From Lytechinus pictus (Eukaryota), in assembly GCF_037042905.1 (NCBI RefSeq), contig NC_087251.1, forward strand, positions 13,828,001 through 13,892,000: DNA of 64,000 nt, given 5' to 3'. Each line of letters opens with the position of its first letter. Within the stretch, counting starts at the first letter, position 1. The position numbers and the translations under genes were made by a program. Below are positions 10,799 through 23,880 of the stretch, one piece after another. A model generated the notes under the pieces. The model made no database searches. It was not told the origin of the DNA and worked only from the letters and a program-made list of their open reading frames with translations.

Positions 10799-13700
10799 AT
10801 GATGGATACAGATTTGAAGAATGATTTCTACCATGCCCAAAATGTGAAGGAGGATGTGCAATTATTAGGCCAGGGCTTGTTGAGGAAAGGCCAAGGACAT
10901 GAAGGAGGTGTGAAATGGAAAGATGACCAGCTTGTCTGTGAAATATCTGTGACTGCAAAACAGTCAAAACCAAGTTGTCATATAGGGGGTCTATTGCATA
11001 TTTTCTTCTTTATGTCAGCAGTAGGACTCACGGTTTTGGTGAGTATATTAAGACAGGGCTTGTTTATTGTTGAATAAAATGTTTATATTTTAATTTTTAT
11101 GAACGCAAAAATGAAAGTAAATCGAGGCGGCTCTGTCATGTCTGTTAATGGTTAAATAAAAAGATGAAATATAGTCATAATTTGTTTAAAAAGAATCACC
11201 ATGCATTTGAATGTGATTTGCATGATGATAATCTAAATTATCTAGCTCTTTCTACATCACTAATTTAGTAACAGCCTATGGCTATGTCCCCTCCAGCTCC
11301 CCCTAAATTAAAGTGATGTATTAACTTTGTTGGTAAAAGTTGTGATTAATTGAATGTGAAATAGATTCTACAATGTAATATGTGTACGTCGTATGAAACA
11401 TTTCATAAATGAAATGAAAAATGGAAAGTAAAATGAAAATGATGAAGTTAGGTGCAAAATATGGTCAGCCGAAATGTAGGGTCTTGTCTTTCTACTTCCA
11501 TGGTCTTGTTCACTTTCCAAATTTCCTGGTTTCGGGATCCGGGTCGCTCTTGGCATTGTCACTCATCAGCCTCTATCGCTTTTGTTGAAGCTTTCATTTT
11601 GATTATGAAACACCGAAATTTTGTCGCAAATAGAAACTTTACTGAAATGACAGTGTTTGAGACTAATAATACCTTTAGCCTATATTGTGAGTCAAATTTG
11701 GAAAGCTTGATGAGAAGATCATGTTTAGTTAAATAGATATGATTACTGTATAGAATGAATAATTTCCATGGAATGATTTTCATGAATGTTATGATTTATT
11801 AAATCTTTTACCCAAATAAGATTATTTTAAATCCAATTTTCTTTTACAGTTCTGGAATGCAGTTCTCGCTATCATGATTAGTGTTCTGTTCTTTCTGTAC
11901 ATTCATTCTTCAGTTTCAAAAGGTAAAACTAACAAGTCCTTGACCTTACATGTGATGATTTTTTTCTAAAAGTAACAGTTCATTGATGTGGGGAGCTGAA
12001 TGACAAAGTAAAACTTAAGAAGTAATAAAACTGGTGAATCATAAATAGAGTGATAAAAGCTACAACTAAAGAGCAGCAAACAATGCAAGAACTCAGAAGA
12101 CAAAATAAAATGGATTGAAATTAGAATTCGGAGAAGTTATGTGTGTTGGTGTGTAGGCCTAATAGGAAAGGACTGAGGGAGACATGAGAAGAACCTGCAT
12201 ACAACATAGGGTAATCAGATAAATTGTACCAATAATACCTCATGAAATCTGAACTGAGGTGATACAGAAATGAACAGAACTATATATTTTACCAGACTGA
12301 ATGGATTAAAATCAAACAAAATGAAACATACATAAAATTACCAATTATAATACATTGTGAATATTTTTTTGGTTTCGATTCTCAATTTTTACTGTATTTT
12401 TAATTTTTTTATTTCTGTAATCTTCATTAGAAATAACATTTTAATTTAATTCCATATTTGTAAACTCTAGGCCTATTTTTTAAGATCATTTTTCTAGAGT
12501 GTTTAAGTACACTTTGTTCTTGATAATCTCATTTTGTAATCCTCACTCATTGAATTGACTATCTTTTGAATATTTTGATGTACTGTATTGTTTCCACCTT
12601 GATTTGTAGAAACACTGCTTCTGATATCTTCCCTTGGGTTGCAAATATCTTCGGAGTATGTCACAGGACGCAGAGTCACCCAGTTTATTCCTTTCAGGGC
12701 AGTTCAAGACATTGTTATCCATGAAGCTGTAACAATGGTGAGTGATTTCTTATTTATCACTTGAGTGTTTTTAAAGCCAGGCTGACTTGAGAATCGATGG
12801 ACAGTGTTATATCACTTAAACATCATCAGCGATTTCCCTCCTACCAAGGGTTACTGACTCTTGTGCCATGATAACAATCCCTCCTTATAAAGTGTTGTGT
12901 AACCTGTGCAATTAATCATTTTGATAGTTTTGCATTTGTACAGCAATGCAGGACTATGTCTGTGGTCCCAAGAAGACTTAGGCAGACTCACCTATCTTTA
13001 CATTGTATGTCAAGTGGTAACTTTCTTCAAATTGCAAGTGAAAAATACTGCCCAAGTTCAGGTTTTATTTCCAAGATAACAAATAAAAAGAGACATGAAG
13101 TATTACAGTTTTTCAGGCACAGATCCAGGAGGGGGGGTGGCAGCAGCTGCGGGCGCACCCCGTAAAATTTGAAAATACAATGGTGGACCCCATACAATTC
13201 CTTCATTGTGCACCCTGTACAATGGAACAAGGACCTTTTGTGTTTTTTGTGTGTTTTTTTTGCTTTTCGGACAAATTTGCGTCCCATAATAGTCTGACTG
13301 TAGCCGGTCCGCGCCTGTAGTTGTTATTTGTTTATTTAATATTTGATACTGGCTCTCTTTTGACAACAATACTGACATGTGTGTAAATTAATTCTAAAAG
13401 CTCTCTCTCTCTCTCTCTCTCACTCTCTTTTATCATGTTCTAGAACAAGGTTGTTTACTATTTGGCTGTTCTTTTGAAACATCAAAATGGTAAAGAGTGG
13501 ACAAATTCATTGGTGCCAGTTTTTATGGTGAGTGAACACAACTATTTAGAAACAACTCTTGATAAAACAACAAAAATTTATTTCAGTTTGTCTGATTATA
13601 GCAGCAAATTTATAAGAAAACTACAATGGTAAAAATGTGGAAGAGATTGAATTGGGCATAAAACAGTTCATGAAGTCTATTTTCATTGAGTCATGAAATG

Positions 13701-14316
13701 CAATGACTACTTTGCAGTTTCTCTAAAGATTTTTTTCACAAGAGACTAATGAAAATATGCTACTGATCATGTTCTTATAGGTTCCATTGACGAAACAAAT
13801 GTATGAGTAAAACTTTTTGAAAAAAGACATCATGTTATTCATATTTGTTTTGGAAAAAAGGAAGAAATGTCTCCAACAGTGACATTAACTATTATAATTC
13901 AAATAACAAGAAATACCCATGTGTTTAGTGATTATTTATTTTCATTATAATTATCATTTTTGTTTCCCAATTTTGTTTTTTAAACTTGCCCGAATTTTCC
14001 TCGTATCATATTCACAGACTTTCATATTCATTAATGGCAGACTTCTCATGGAAAAAGCTAGGATAGCAAAACTTCAAGTTTTTAAAGTTCGGATAATAAT
14101 TTTGGATCACACTTTCTGTATCAGAGCGAAAGGTGAATTTCTTTCTACATTCCCAATGATATGTTTTCTGCATGTTTTCTTCTCACTTTCCAGCATTCCA
14201 TGCCAAGACTTGATAAACTTCAAGAAATCCATGCCTCCGTTCATAGAATGTGGGACTTTGAAAAGAACCATTTGGAATCGTCTAAAGCAGGTGGAGATAA
14301 CTGTGCTGTGAGATGA
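10799..14316 (+). CDS. PIGH: Phosphatidylinositol N-acetylglucosaminyltransferase subunit H (GPI-GnT component), 215 aa
   Basis: Exons 10799-11038, 11850-11922, 12610-12737, 13444-13527, 14194-14316, all GT-AG and in phase (648 nt). Two hydrophobic segments followed by ETLLLISSLGLQISSEYVTGRRVTQFIPFRAVQDIVIHEAVTMNKVVYYLAVLLK...LVPVFMHSMPRLDKLQEIH, matching the PIG-H signature (ETLL...LG.Q......G.....FI....V.DIVI.EA..M.KV.YYL..LL....VPVF....PRL..L). Confidence 0.95.
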
Positions 14317-14447
14317 CAGTAAATTTAGATAAACAAACAAGCTGAAGTAAATTATTAGACTAGGTAGTTTGTAAGTTATACATGAATACACAGGACTGGT
14401 GACCTGTAATTTTGCCCAATGTGATATCCCAGAATTTCCCTGTTTTT

Positions 14448-15392
14448 GTCTCACCTGCATAGCAGAGTGAGACTATAGGCGCCGCTTTTCCGACGGCGGC
14501 GGCGGCGTAAACACCAAATCTTAACCTGAGGTTAAGTTTTTGAAATGACAGCATAACTTAGAAAGTATATGGACCTAGTTCATGAAACTTGACCATAAGG
14601 TTAATCAAGTATTACTGAACATCCTGCCTGAGTTTCATGTCACATGACCAAGGTCAAAGGTCATTTAGGGTCAATGAACTTAGACCATGTTGGGGGAATC
14701 AACATCAAAATCTTAACCTAAGGTTAAGTTTTTGAAATGTCATCATAACTTAGAAAATATATGGACCTAGTTCATGAAACTTATACATAAGGTTAATCAA
14801 GTATCACTGAACATCCTGCATGAGTTTCACATCACATGACCAAGGTCAAAGGTCATTTAGGGTCAATGAACTTTGGCCGAATTGGGGGTATCTGTTGAAT
14901 TACCATCATAACTTTGAAAGTTTATGGATCTGATTCATGAAACTTGGACATAATAGTAATCAAGTATTGCTAAACATCCTGTGCAAGTTTCAGGTCACAT
15001 GATCAAGGTCAAAGGTCATTTAGGGTCAATGAACTTTGGCCAAATTGGGGTATTTGTTGAATTACAGCCATAAATTTGAAAGTGTGTTGGTCTAGTTCAT
15101 AAAACTTGGACATAATAGTAATCAAGTATCACTGAACATCCTGTGCGAGTTTCAGGGCACATGATCAAGGTCAAAGGTCATGTAAGGTCAAAGAACTTTG
15201 GCCACGTTGGGGGTATTTGTTGAATTGCCATCATATCTCTATAAGTGTATTGGTCTAGTTCATAAAACGTGGAAATAAGAGTAACCAAATATCACTGAAC
15301 ATCTTGTGCGAGTTATAGTAGTTTTCAAAATCAGCACTGCTGCTATATTGAATTGCGTGATGCAGGTGAGACGGCCAGAGGCATTCCACTTG
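14448..15392 (+). mobile_element. Helentron-associated (HINE/DINE-1/Tsp-like) non-autonomous element with internal tandem repeats
   Basis: 13-bp subTIRs GTCTCACCTGCAT (14448-60) / ATGCAGGTGAGAC (15360-72); partial inverted copy GTGAGAC next to the 5' subTIR; short (GGC)n; ~5 central repeats (periods 192, 163, 162 bp); T-rich flanks. Lies ~130 bp after the PIGH stop. Confidence 0.75.
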
Positions 15393-16260
15393 TTTTTTAT
15401 ATGAGTCTGAATTTCCTAAAACCTTTATAAAATTTGAACAAATAGTACACTTTTAGAGATCGTATAATAACTGTAGCTGTTGGGAATGGAAATTATTGAA
15501 AATCTGATTTGACATCTAAGAACAGGTCACCTGTTGTGCGTATAATCATGTGTAATTTACAAAAAGATTTATGAAACACCCTCAGATTGTGGAACCTGTT
15601 TACCTGTTTATAAGATCTCAAAGAAATATTTTGGACTAAAATCTTTATTTTATGCAAAAGTGTAGTGACAATGGAATATATTTTTCACCTATTTGATTCT
15701 TGTAAAAATTGAATTTGATATAAATAAGGTCTGTGATGAAATTATTTTTTGATAAAGGCCTTTCAAATTTTTTTCTTACAGGTCAGAAAACTATATGCAA
15801 CAATTGTATCATGATAAGTTTGCTACATTCCATGCCCAGTTTTATACGATTTAAAGAAAAAAAAATCAAGGTGCAGGGAGGGACTCAACATTTCTATGTT
15901 ATTTTATGTTTGATTTTAGATTGCTTTGTTCACATAGTATACTCTTTCATTACAGCTGAAAACAAATTCAAAGCTTGAAAGTGGAGAATCTTGAGTTTTA
16001 TCATTTGCTACTTAATGGTTAAGTTCATTTAAAAAAGGTTGATTTGAATAAACAGTGGATATTCCAACTTAAGCATTAGACTGGAATTTTATTGTCAAAA
16101 TACAGTGTATAATATAAAAGTTAGAACTGTTCCAAATAATTTACCTTTTCTCCTTTAATTTTTAATAGACCTTGGTTCAAACCAGGTATAAAAGACCTTT
16201 TCACATTAGATAGTTAAAGTTAGATTTTGATCCCCGATTACCATCAATTCCCAATATTAT

Positions 16261-16721
16261 ACAAATAATGAATGTTTATGAGTGAATACTTCATGAGGTG
16301 AAAGATGAAATGATCCATTCAACGAGGCATAGCCGAGTTGAATGGATCATTATTTCATCTTTCACCGAATGAAGTATTCTGTCCATTGCACGAATGAAAA
16401 AACATTCATTATTTGGTTTATATGACACCTAAAAATTGATTTTTTTTTTTTTTCATATGAAATTTATGAATTTCGATGCAAAACATGCTCATGCAGTGCG
16501 AGTTTGGTCTGTTGATTGTTACGTCATTATAACATGCGCACTGCTGGTGCCTGCAGCTGCAGTCTCGGTGCGGGCGTGCAATGGACAAAATCGTATGGAT
16601 CCAAAATTGCACGATGAATGGATCCAAAATTGCACGGTTGATGACGTCATTGCAAAATGGGCTGAATGAACGATATCAAACAACCAATCAAATCACAGGG
16701 ATCTATCTAGGTGTCATATAA
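16261..16721. mobile_element. Non-autonomous long-hairpin element (Crypton-like, tentative)
   Basis: Hairpin 16261-16416 (GGTGAAAGATGAAATGATCCATTCAAC / GTTGAATGGATCATTATTTCATCTTTCACC) around GAGGCATAGCCGAG; second IR TTATATGACACCTA 16418-31 / TAGGTGTCATATAA 16708-21. Confidence 0.65.
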
Positions 16722-17363
16722 TGTGAGCTATATATGATGCATTGCCTAGGTTTCCCTGTTTCAAAGGTGAATGGAGTTGACACCAGAAAATATTGTGCTA
16801 TAATATTAACTAATAAGCGTTACATTTTCCATTCGGGATGAGGGAGTTGGTTTGTCATCTTGGCTGGAGGATTGAAATGCATGGTGATGATACTACTTTT
16901 GTCTTTGTGCGTTGAATGCTTGCATGCAAAGCCATTCGGTGGCATTATCATAGTAATTACAAATGAATAATTTCATGAAGTTAGATTTGAGAGTGTCTTC
17001 TTTTTTTTCTATAAGGATGTCTGTGAAGGAAGGTGGGTTACAATTAAAAAAAAAAGTGTGGAATAAATATTTTGCTCATCTTTTTTCTGTTTGGGAATTG
17101 GGTGTAATGAAGACAGAGCAATCTAATACAGGGGGCGGGGTGGTTCAGAACAGGAGGCAGAAATTTTTTTTTTGTTCTTTATACTTTATAGGAAATAATG
17201 TTGATGGCATATATACGATGATGATAATGATAATGCTTATTTTACAAAATTATGATTATTGTTTATTGATAAAAGTAATGAAATAAATCAATATGATGAT
17301 GATGGTGGTGGTGGTGATTTGATGATGATGATGGTAATAGATGTAGTATTAGTGGGTGTTGAT

Positions 17364-17394
<31 letters not shown>

Positions 17395-17834
17395 CAGCAG
17401 CAGTAAGAGAAGGGAAGGGTTAGTAGAGAGAGAAAGTAGAGGAAGAAGATCGAAAGGAACTGAGCGTGTAATTGAGGAAATGTCGTTTGATGAATTATTT
17501 AATATGAATTTTGAATCTACGCCAATAGGTTAGTTATTTATTTTTTTTAAATGCTTTTTAGCCTTTATTCAGATATCACATTTTTCATACATACCGCAAG
17601 CGTAATAAAGAAAGCATACAAAATAAAGTGAAGTACATGTATATAGCAATATAACAAATGAAATATTATACATGATTTTTTTAACAAAGATTATCACAAC
17701 CCATAATACAAACAGAGAAAACAGTTATTTTCACTTGTATTTACTGTATAATAATGCGGTATTGTATGATGAAAAAAAATCCAAACATAAAGACTTTAAA
17801 TTCTGAGAAAATAATAAAATTGATATATATTTAT

Positions 17835-18903
17835 TTTTTTTTTTAATTCAAAAATCTTTATACAGGATAAGCATGTTCAGATAATATATACACTGTTTTT
17901 CAACATGGTCCTGTTGACATAGTAAACATCTAACAATGTACAGAAAAAAATGCATTAAACAATTTAAATTCAGACATAGTAAATAATAATAAAAAAATGA
18001 GTGACATCGGTATTAACAAACATAGATATATAAAAAAAACCAAAAGATATAATTATGTGCACTGGGTGATGAATACTAAATTGAAAGTTGAAAACATAAA
18101 CCGGCATAAAGATGAATAGAATGGAGAGCGGAGAGAGTGTTACGCGAAGTGTGTTTTCTTATATTTCCTTTTAAAAGTATCAATTGAAGTTGCATTCTGA
18201 AGTTCTGAATCTAAACTATTCCATATATTTCCTCCTGCATATCTTAAGCTATTCTTTAAAAACTCAATGTTCGGTTTAGGTATAACAATGTTGAGCATAC
18301 CGGAGCATATCTATAGACACAGTTATACATAATACATGCAAGGAAATAATTTCGTCTTTTTTCTGAAACCTGCCACTTCAATCTCTTAATAATGTCAATA
18401 CCATCATGAGTATAATCAAAATTCTTTTTTACTATTCTTGCTGCCCTTTTTTGTAATCTAAACAAAATTTTCCTATTACTGACAGAACAGTTCCCCCATA
18501 CCGAACAAGAGTAATCCAGTATGGGTTGAACTGTACAATTATAATTTTTTTTGAGAACACTCGTATTAGTGAAATTACTGACCTTTTTCAAAGAAAATAA
18601 CTTAAAAGCTAAAGATCTACTTAGGTTCTTTACCTGCAAATTCCACGTAAGATTCTCATCAATTTCGATTCCTAGATACCGAATATGTTTTACTTGTTTT
18701 ATAATGTTATTATCCAGATGTATGTTTGATTCTTGAGAAGTATGTGTGCTTCGTTTTAATAACATAGCATACGTTTTGTCAACATTAACTTTTAATTTAT
18801 TTCTCTTATACCACCTACTTATGTTTTCAAGATCAGCCTGTAATTTAGACGTAATGACTTCGGCACTTTTATCAGAAATATAAATAACAACATCATCTGC
18901 GTA
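17835..18903 (-). mobile_element. 5'-truncated CR1/L2-group LINE (RT C-terminus plus 3' tail)
   Basis: Frame from 18903: YADDVVIY...LQADLENISRWYKRNKLKVNVDKT...RYLGIEIDENLTW...QPILDYSCSVWG...LFRLQKRAARIV; premature stop/frameshift near 18256; 3' tail CAGGACCATGTTGAAAAACAG...A-tail; (TA)n on both flanks. Confidence 0.9.
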
Positions 18904-19389
18904 TATATATATATATATATAATACTTTGTTTAATAAAGATGTGAATAAGCTATCCCATATTAAAAAATGTATATATTTATATCTCAATATTTTGTAAGA
19001 CAATACAAAAAGAATAAGTCTCTACATTTATACTTAAAAGGGTACAACAAGTATGTCTGATGTGTCTTGTGAAATCTCGCCCTCTGCGAGGGACGATGTC
19101 TTATCGGCCCTTACGATGGCGGTCGCGCACTGTAAATGAAGTTTGCCTTAAAGTTGGTGTATAATAAATTGTTATTACTGTCACTGGTTTCCCATCTCCT
19201 TTATTACTTATAATGTCGCGAAGAGCCCGAAGCTTTTATTGTTTTACTGTTCGGGAAGGGAAATGGAAAGATACAGGCAGATCCAGGGACCAATGCAGCC
19301 CCTATTACATATGACGGTGAAAAAAAGGAGTAGAGAAAATAAAAATCAGAAGAAGACTGGGATAATGAAAAGAAGAGGAAGCTTCGCGT

Positions 19390-19856
19390 CCGGGGGGGGG
19401 GGGGCAGCCAAATGTATTGCTGTACACACGCGTGGCCAAATTATTTCCAAACATCCCCTAAACGATTTTTTTCTGTGTGCAAAATAACCCTCTAAACACT
19501 TTTTTTCGCGGGGTTTATTTACACATTTTGGCCCCTAAACAAGTTGTCGCCAGAATATGACCCCGGGGAAAAAAAACATACCCTAAACACGTTTGGCTAG
19601 TCTTTGAAAAAAGCTTTGGAAAAAAATACCTTAAATACGTTTGACCCTGCGATTGACCAGTCTTTCAAAACTACCCCTTTTTTTAATCGGTTTTTTTAAT
19701 ACCCTTAACGAGTACATGCGCGGCCCGCGTCCAAAACTGAAAAAAAAAACATCGCAAAAACACGATTTTTTTTTTTTTTTTTTTTTTTTTTTGGGGGGGG
19801 GGGGGGGGGGGTCAAGCGTGTGTATAGCAATGTATTTGATTTGACTGCCCCCCCGG
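19390..19856. mobile_element. MITE with CCGGGG.. termini
   Basis: TIRs CCG(G)nCAGCCAAATGTATTGCTGTACACACGC / GCGTGTGTATAGCAATGTATTTG..ACTGCCCCCCCGG. Confidence 0.7.
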
Positions 19857-21709
19857 GGGCCTCGCGCTCGCATTACCCATTCATGAGGCACACGTCGCAA
19901 TAATTATATGGCTCTTAAAATGTCTTGTTTTACACACATGCAGGGCTTATCAATAAATATATTAACACTTAAAATGATTGATTCCCCGAAATTGAACAAA
20001 ATGTATAATTTTGCACGCTTATATGACTTCGGTCTCATCTATCTGTTGAAAGTACAATTTTTGACAGAACTTTAGGTCCCGGCTACGCTGGAGTAGCATA
20101 ATTTATAGGCCAATCGGTTTGCATTGATTTTCTAGCTGATCGAGTCAATGGAAAATAGAGGCAGCTGGTTAAACTGAAAAGAAAGAAAGAAAGAAAAAAA
20201 CTCGGAGGAAAAGGAGAAAAAGAGGAAGAAAGAAAGAGAAACATATAGTGGGGAAGAAGAAGAAATTAGTTAAGAAATAACGTTATGAAACAATTATACT
20301 AGGGCCTGCACGTTCATCACTCCTGGTGCTCGCATTGTATGTTTAATGAGATGAATAATCATGTTCAAGGGTACTAACACATCCCGTTTTCAAGTCAATA
20401 TATAGGCCTACACCAAATATATATTCCTTGCACTTCGCGATCTTTTATTATTTTAAGTAATCACAATATGCTTCTTTTTTTCATGATTATACAGTGAACG
20501 GCCCCATTTTAAGGTCTGAATGTAACTTAAACATTTCTGGTCCGTACTTCCGTTGGATTTGCCTGCGCTAGATCTTCATAAATTCCTAAAAACAGGTTAA
20601 TGTCCCCTTTTCTCAGGCTGCTCTGAATATTAAAAAAAAGTCGCGCTCGCATCATTTTGGTTAGATAGTAGGTATATGGTCTTAATGAATTCCTACAAAC
20701 ATGGCTTAGAATGCCCTCTTCATGTACGTATGAATATCAAAAGTTTTCAGCTCGCGCTTCGCGCTCGAAATACGTATCATTATGTGTTCATAATTACAAT
20801 GATTACAGAAAGTGCTTCATGTGTTTAGCTGTAGTTCTAAAAAAATATGCACACAATTTGCACTCACATTAGATGACTATATATGACGAGATATCCTCTA
20901 GAAAATGAATTCCTTTAACTTGAAAAAAAAATATCAAAAACTGTCAGCTCGCGCTCGCCTTATTTTACCAATGAGATGCATATTGGCACAGTCCTGAAAA
21001 TGTCTCTTTTTGGTCATATACCTGGCTTTTGAGCGCGCCCACTAAGTAACTAATTTTTTTTCCTCGGTTGCTACCTCCCAATGCCGTGACCCACGGTACG
21101 CCACTGCGATGTAAAAAATGAACTGACCGTGCTGTACATTTTCTTGTGGGATGGGGGGGGGGGGCAGATACTTTGTAACTCTTTATGACATGAAAACAAA
21201 AACTCATTTCAGACATCTCCAAATTTTATCTCTTTTTTTCATTGAAAGGATATTCATTTCATACTCAGAGGCGGTGGAAGCATAGGGTAGGCACTGGGAA
21301 GGGTCCCTAGATTTTATCCTTTGGGAGCAGGGCCCCCTAAAAAAAGTCCTGAAGGAATGAAAAGAAAAGGCCAAAGAAAGTAAAAGGGATTAGGAAGGAA
21401 AAAGTAAAAGAAATTAGAAAGGAAGAAAGCCGAAGAAAGAATGAAAGAAAGAGAGAGAGTGGGATTAATGAGAGACTGAGAGAGAGAGAGAGATAGGGGC
21501 CGGGGGACTAAGGGGGAAAAAGAAGAAGAAACTTTTTTTTTCTTCCGGCCCCCGTAGAGGCCTATATACTTTTGACCCAACTCAATCGCGTAGCTAGGAT
21601 TTCATTTTGCAGGGGGCGGTAAATGCACGCGAAGCGTGCCAACACTGACAGAGCGCGCGAAGCGCGCTCCCTAGGGGTGGGTGCAGGGAGGGGGAGTTTC
21701 CCTGAGAGA

Positions 21710-22290
21710 GTCAATTCTTTTGAATATTGTATACCTGCTGGTCTTCCTGTTGAGCTCCATAACGAGATGTCTTTTCTAGTAGAAGTTTGATGAGTTTGGT
21801 CAGATGAATGTCATCAATGTGTTGTATAGTTATACGATTAGACAACAGTGTCAGATGCAGCTGTTAATTCAACAACATTTTCTGCACCCGTTAGTTACCT
21901 TATTAAGTCCTCAGTGAACTAAGTCTGGTTGAGAACCTAGCCTGTATATCATTTCCCAAGTTAAAACCAGCCTGGTTAGGAATAGGATGTTGTTCTAAAA
22001 TGGGACCATCTTTTGTTCAGGATGAGATGCTCAAGTAGCTTGTAGAGATATCAGAGTAGGGCGATTGGCCTGTAGCTTTACATGTAGGCACATTTGGATC
22101 TTTCCCAGGTTTGAGGATAACAATTACTTTATTCTTCCTCAAAATTTCTGGAAGATGAGACTGTGTAGCACATTGTTGAACAGGCTGACAAGCCATTCTT
22201 AAGCAATACGATCAAAATGTCTCATTTACTCAGAGGGATGTCATCGAAGCGTGCTGCCTTTCCCTTCTTTGTTCCTTCAATATGAATATC
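21710..22290 (-). mobile_element. Decayed non-LTR retrotransposon RT fragment (I-group, Ingi/Vingi-like)
   Basis: Frameshifted minus-strand pieces GKAARFDDI, WLVSLFN, KVIVILKPGKDP, SYRPIALL, YKLLEHLIL, PNQAGF, ELTAASDTV with several stops. Confidence 0.75.
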
Positions 22291-23715
22291 CGGGTGAAGT
22301 GTCCATTGGACTGGTCCCATATGGAAGATATTTACTTTGGTGCGGGTTGTTCTATTCAGCAGAAGCTGGATAGTAAACTAGTTACGTTTATTATTCAAAA
22401 ATTCAAAATACAGTGACCTTTGAAAGTTTCAGGGTTAAAGGTCACAACTTTTAATACCTGCAAATTTTCTCATGTATCAAGGGACCTTACAAGTTAAAAT
22501 TATAACTATTCTCACAATTACCTAACAATGTTTATAATGAACTATTATGATGCAAAACATTAATTTTTATGATATTTCGACATCAATAATCCTTTAGGTC
22601 ATTGCCTCTAGTGTTCAGCACAGGTCAAATCTGACTTGCATCCGAATTTTAAAATGAAACCTATGATAAAATATAACACTAATGAAAGTTTAATGCTTTA
22701 ATCATAATTTTAATGTAACATTTATGATCAGATGCAGTGTTTGTACTATACGATTAATCATTTTGGATCACGTTGCAGGCGCGGATCCAGGAGGGGGCCG
22801 AGCCGGCCCCGGCCCCCCTATTTTTTGACAACCTGTAGAAAAAAGTGTACTCTTTAACTTGATAGAAACTACGAAAAACAGAAAGAAAAGTAAGAAAGAG
22901 GTATTATACCCATGATGTGTAATTTACAGCCTCGTAACGGCCGACCCAACCCCGAAAGGAAACAAGAAAAAGGTGAGGGGAAGAATTGGAAAATAGACTA
23001 TATATGAAAAAAAATTCGCTCGCGCTCGCATTGCCTGTGTAATGAGTCCCATTCAAAAGGATTAAATTACACTTAATATATCGAGTTCTGAAATCAATTT
23101 GCACACAATATTTTAGCTCGCACATCAAGCTTTCATTATTTTGTTTGATTTACACAAATTGTTAATGTATATCAAAATTTTCAGCTCGCGCTGCGCGCTC
23201 GCATTGTTTAATTTGTGAGATACCTATCCTCTTTGGAAATTCGTACCAAAATTTGTCAAAATGCTCCCTTCCCTTACAAAAAATTCCTGTAGTACTCTGT
23301 GATATGTACTGCAGGAAGTATCGCAGGAAAGTACTGCAGGAATTACGTGCACGTAATTTGGGACGGTACTACAGAAATGTACAACAGGAGTACAACAGGT
23401 CCGTGTCCTGTGATACTTCCTGTGGTAATAACCGCATAAGTATGGCAGGAAGTATGACAGGACACGATCACCACAACCGCTACAACCGCTACAACCACTA
23501 CCACACTACTATTAGTACTACAGGACAGTATCACAGGATAGTATCACAGGATAGTATCACATGATAGTATGACAGGACAGTATGACAGGATAGTATGACA
23601 GGACAGTATGACAGGACAGTACTACAGGAATACCGCAGACCAGTATCACAGGGAAGTACTACAGAACAGTATCGCAGGACAGTACTACAGGAGTACCGCA
23701 GGCTTCTGGTACTGT

Positions 23716-23880
23716 GTCCTGTAGTACTGTCCTGTGATACTGGTCTGGTATTCCTGTAGTACTGTCCTGTGATACTGGTCTGGTATTCCTGTAGTACTGT
23801 CCTGTGATACTGGTCTGGTATTCCTGTAGTACTGTCCTGTGATACTGGTCTGGTATTCCTGTAGTACTGTCCTGTGATAC
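23716..23880. repeat. 35-bp tandem repeat (~4.5 copies) in the left subterminal array
   Basis: TTCCTGTAGTACTGTCCTGTGATACTGGTCTGGTA at 23751, 23786, 23821. Confidence 0.9.
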
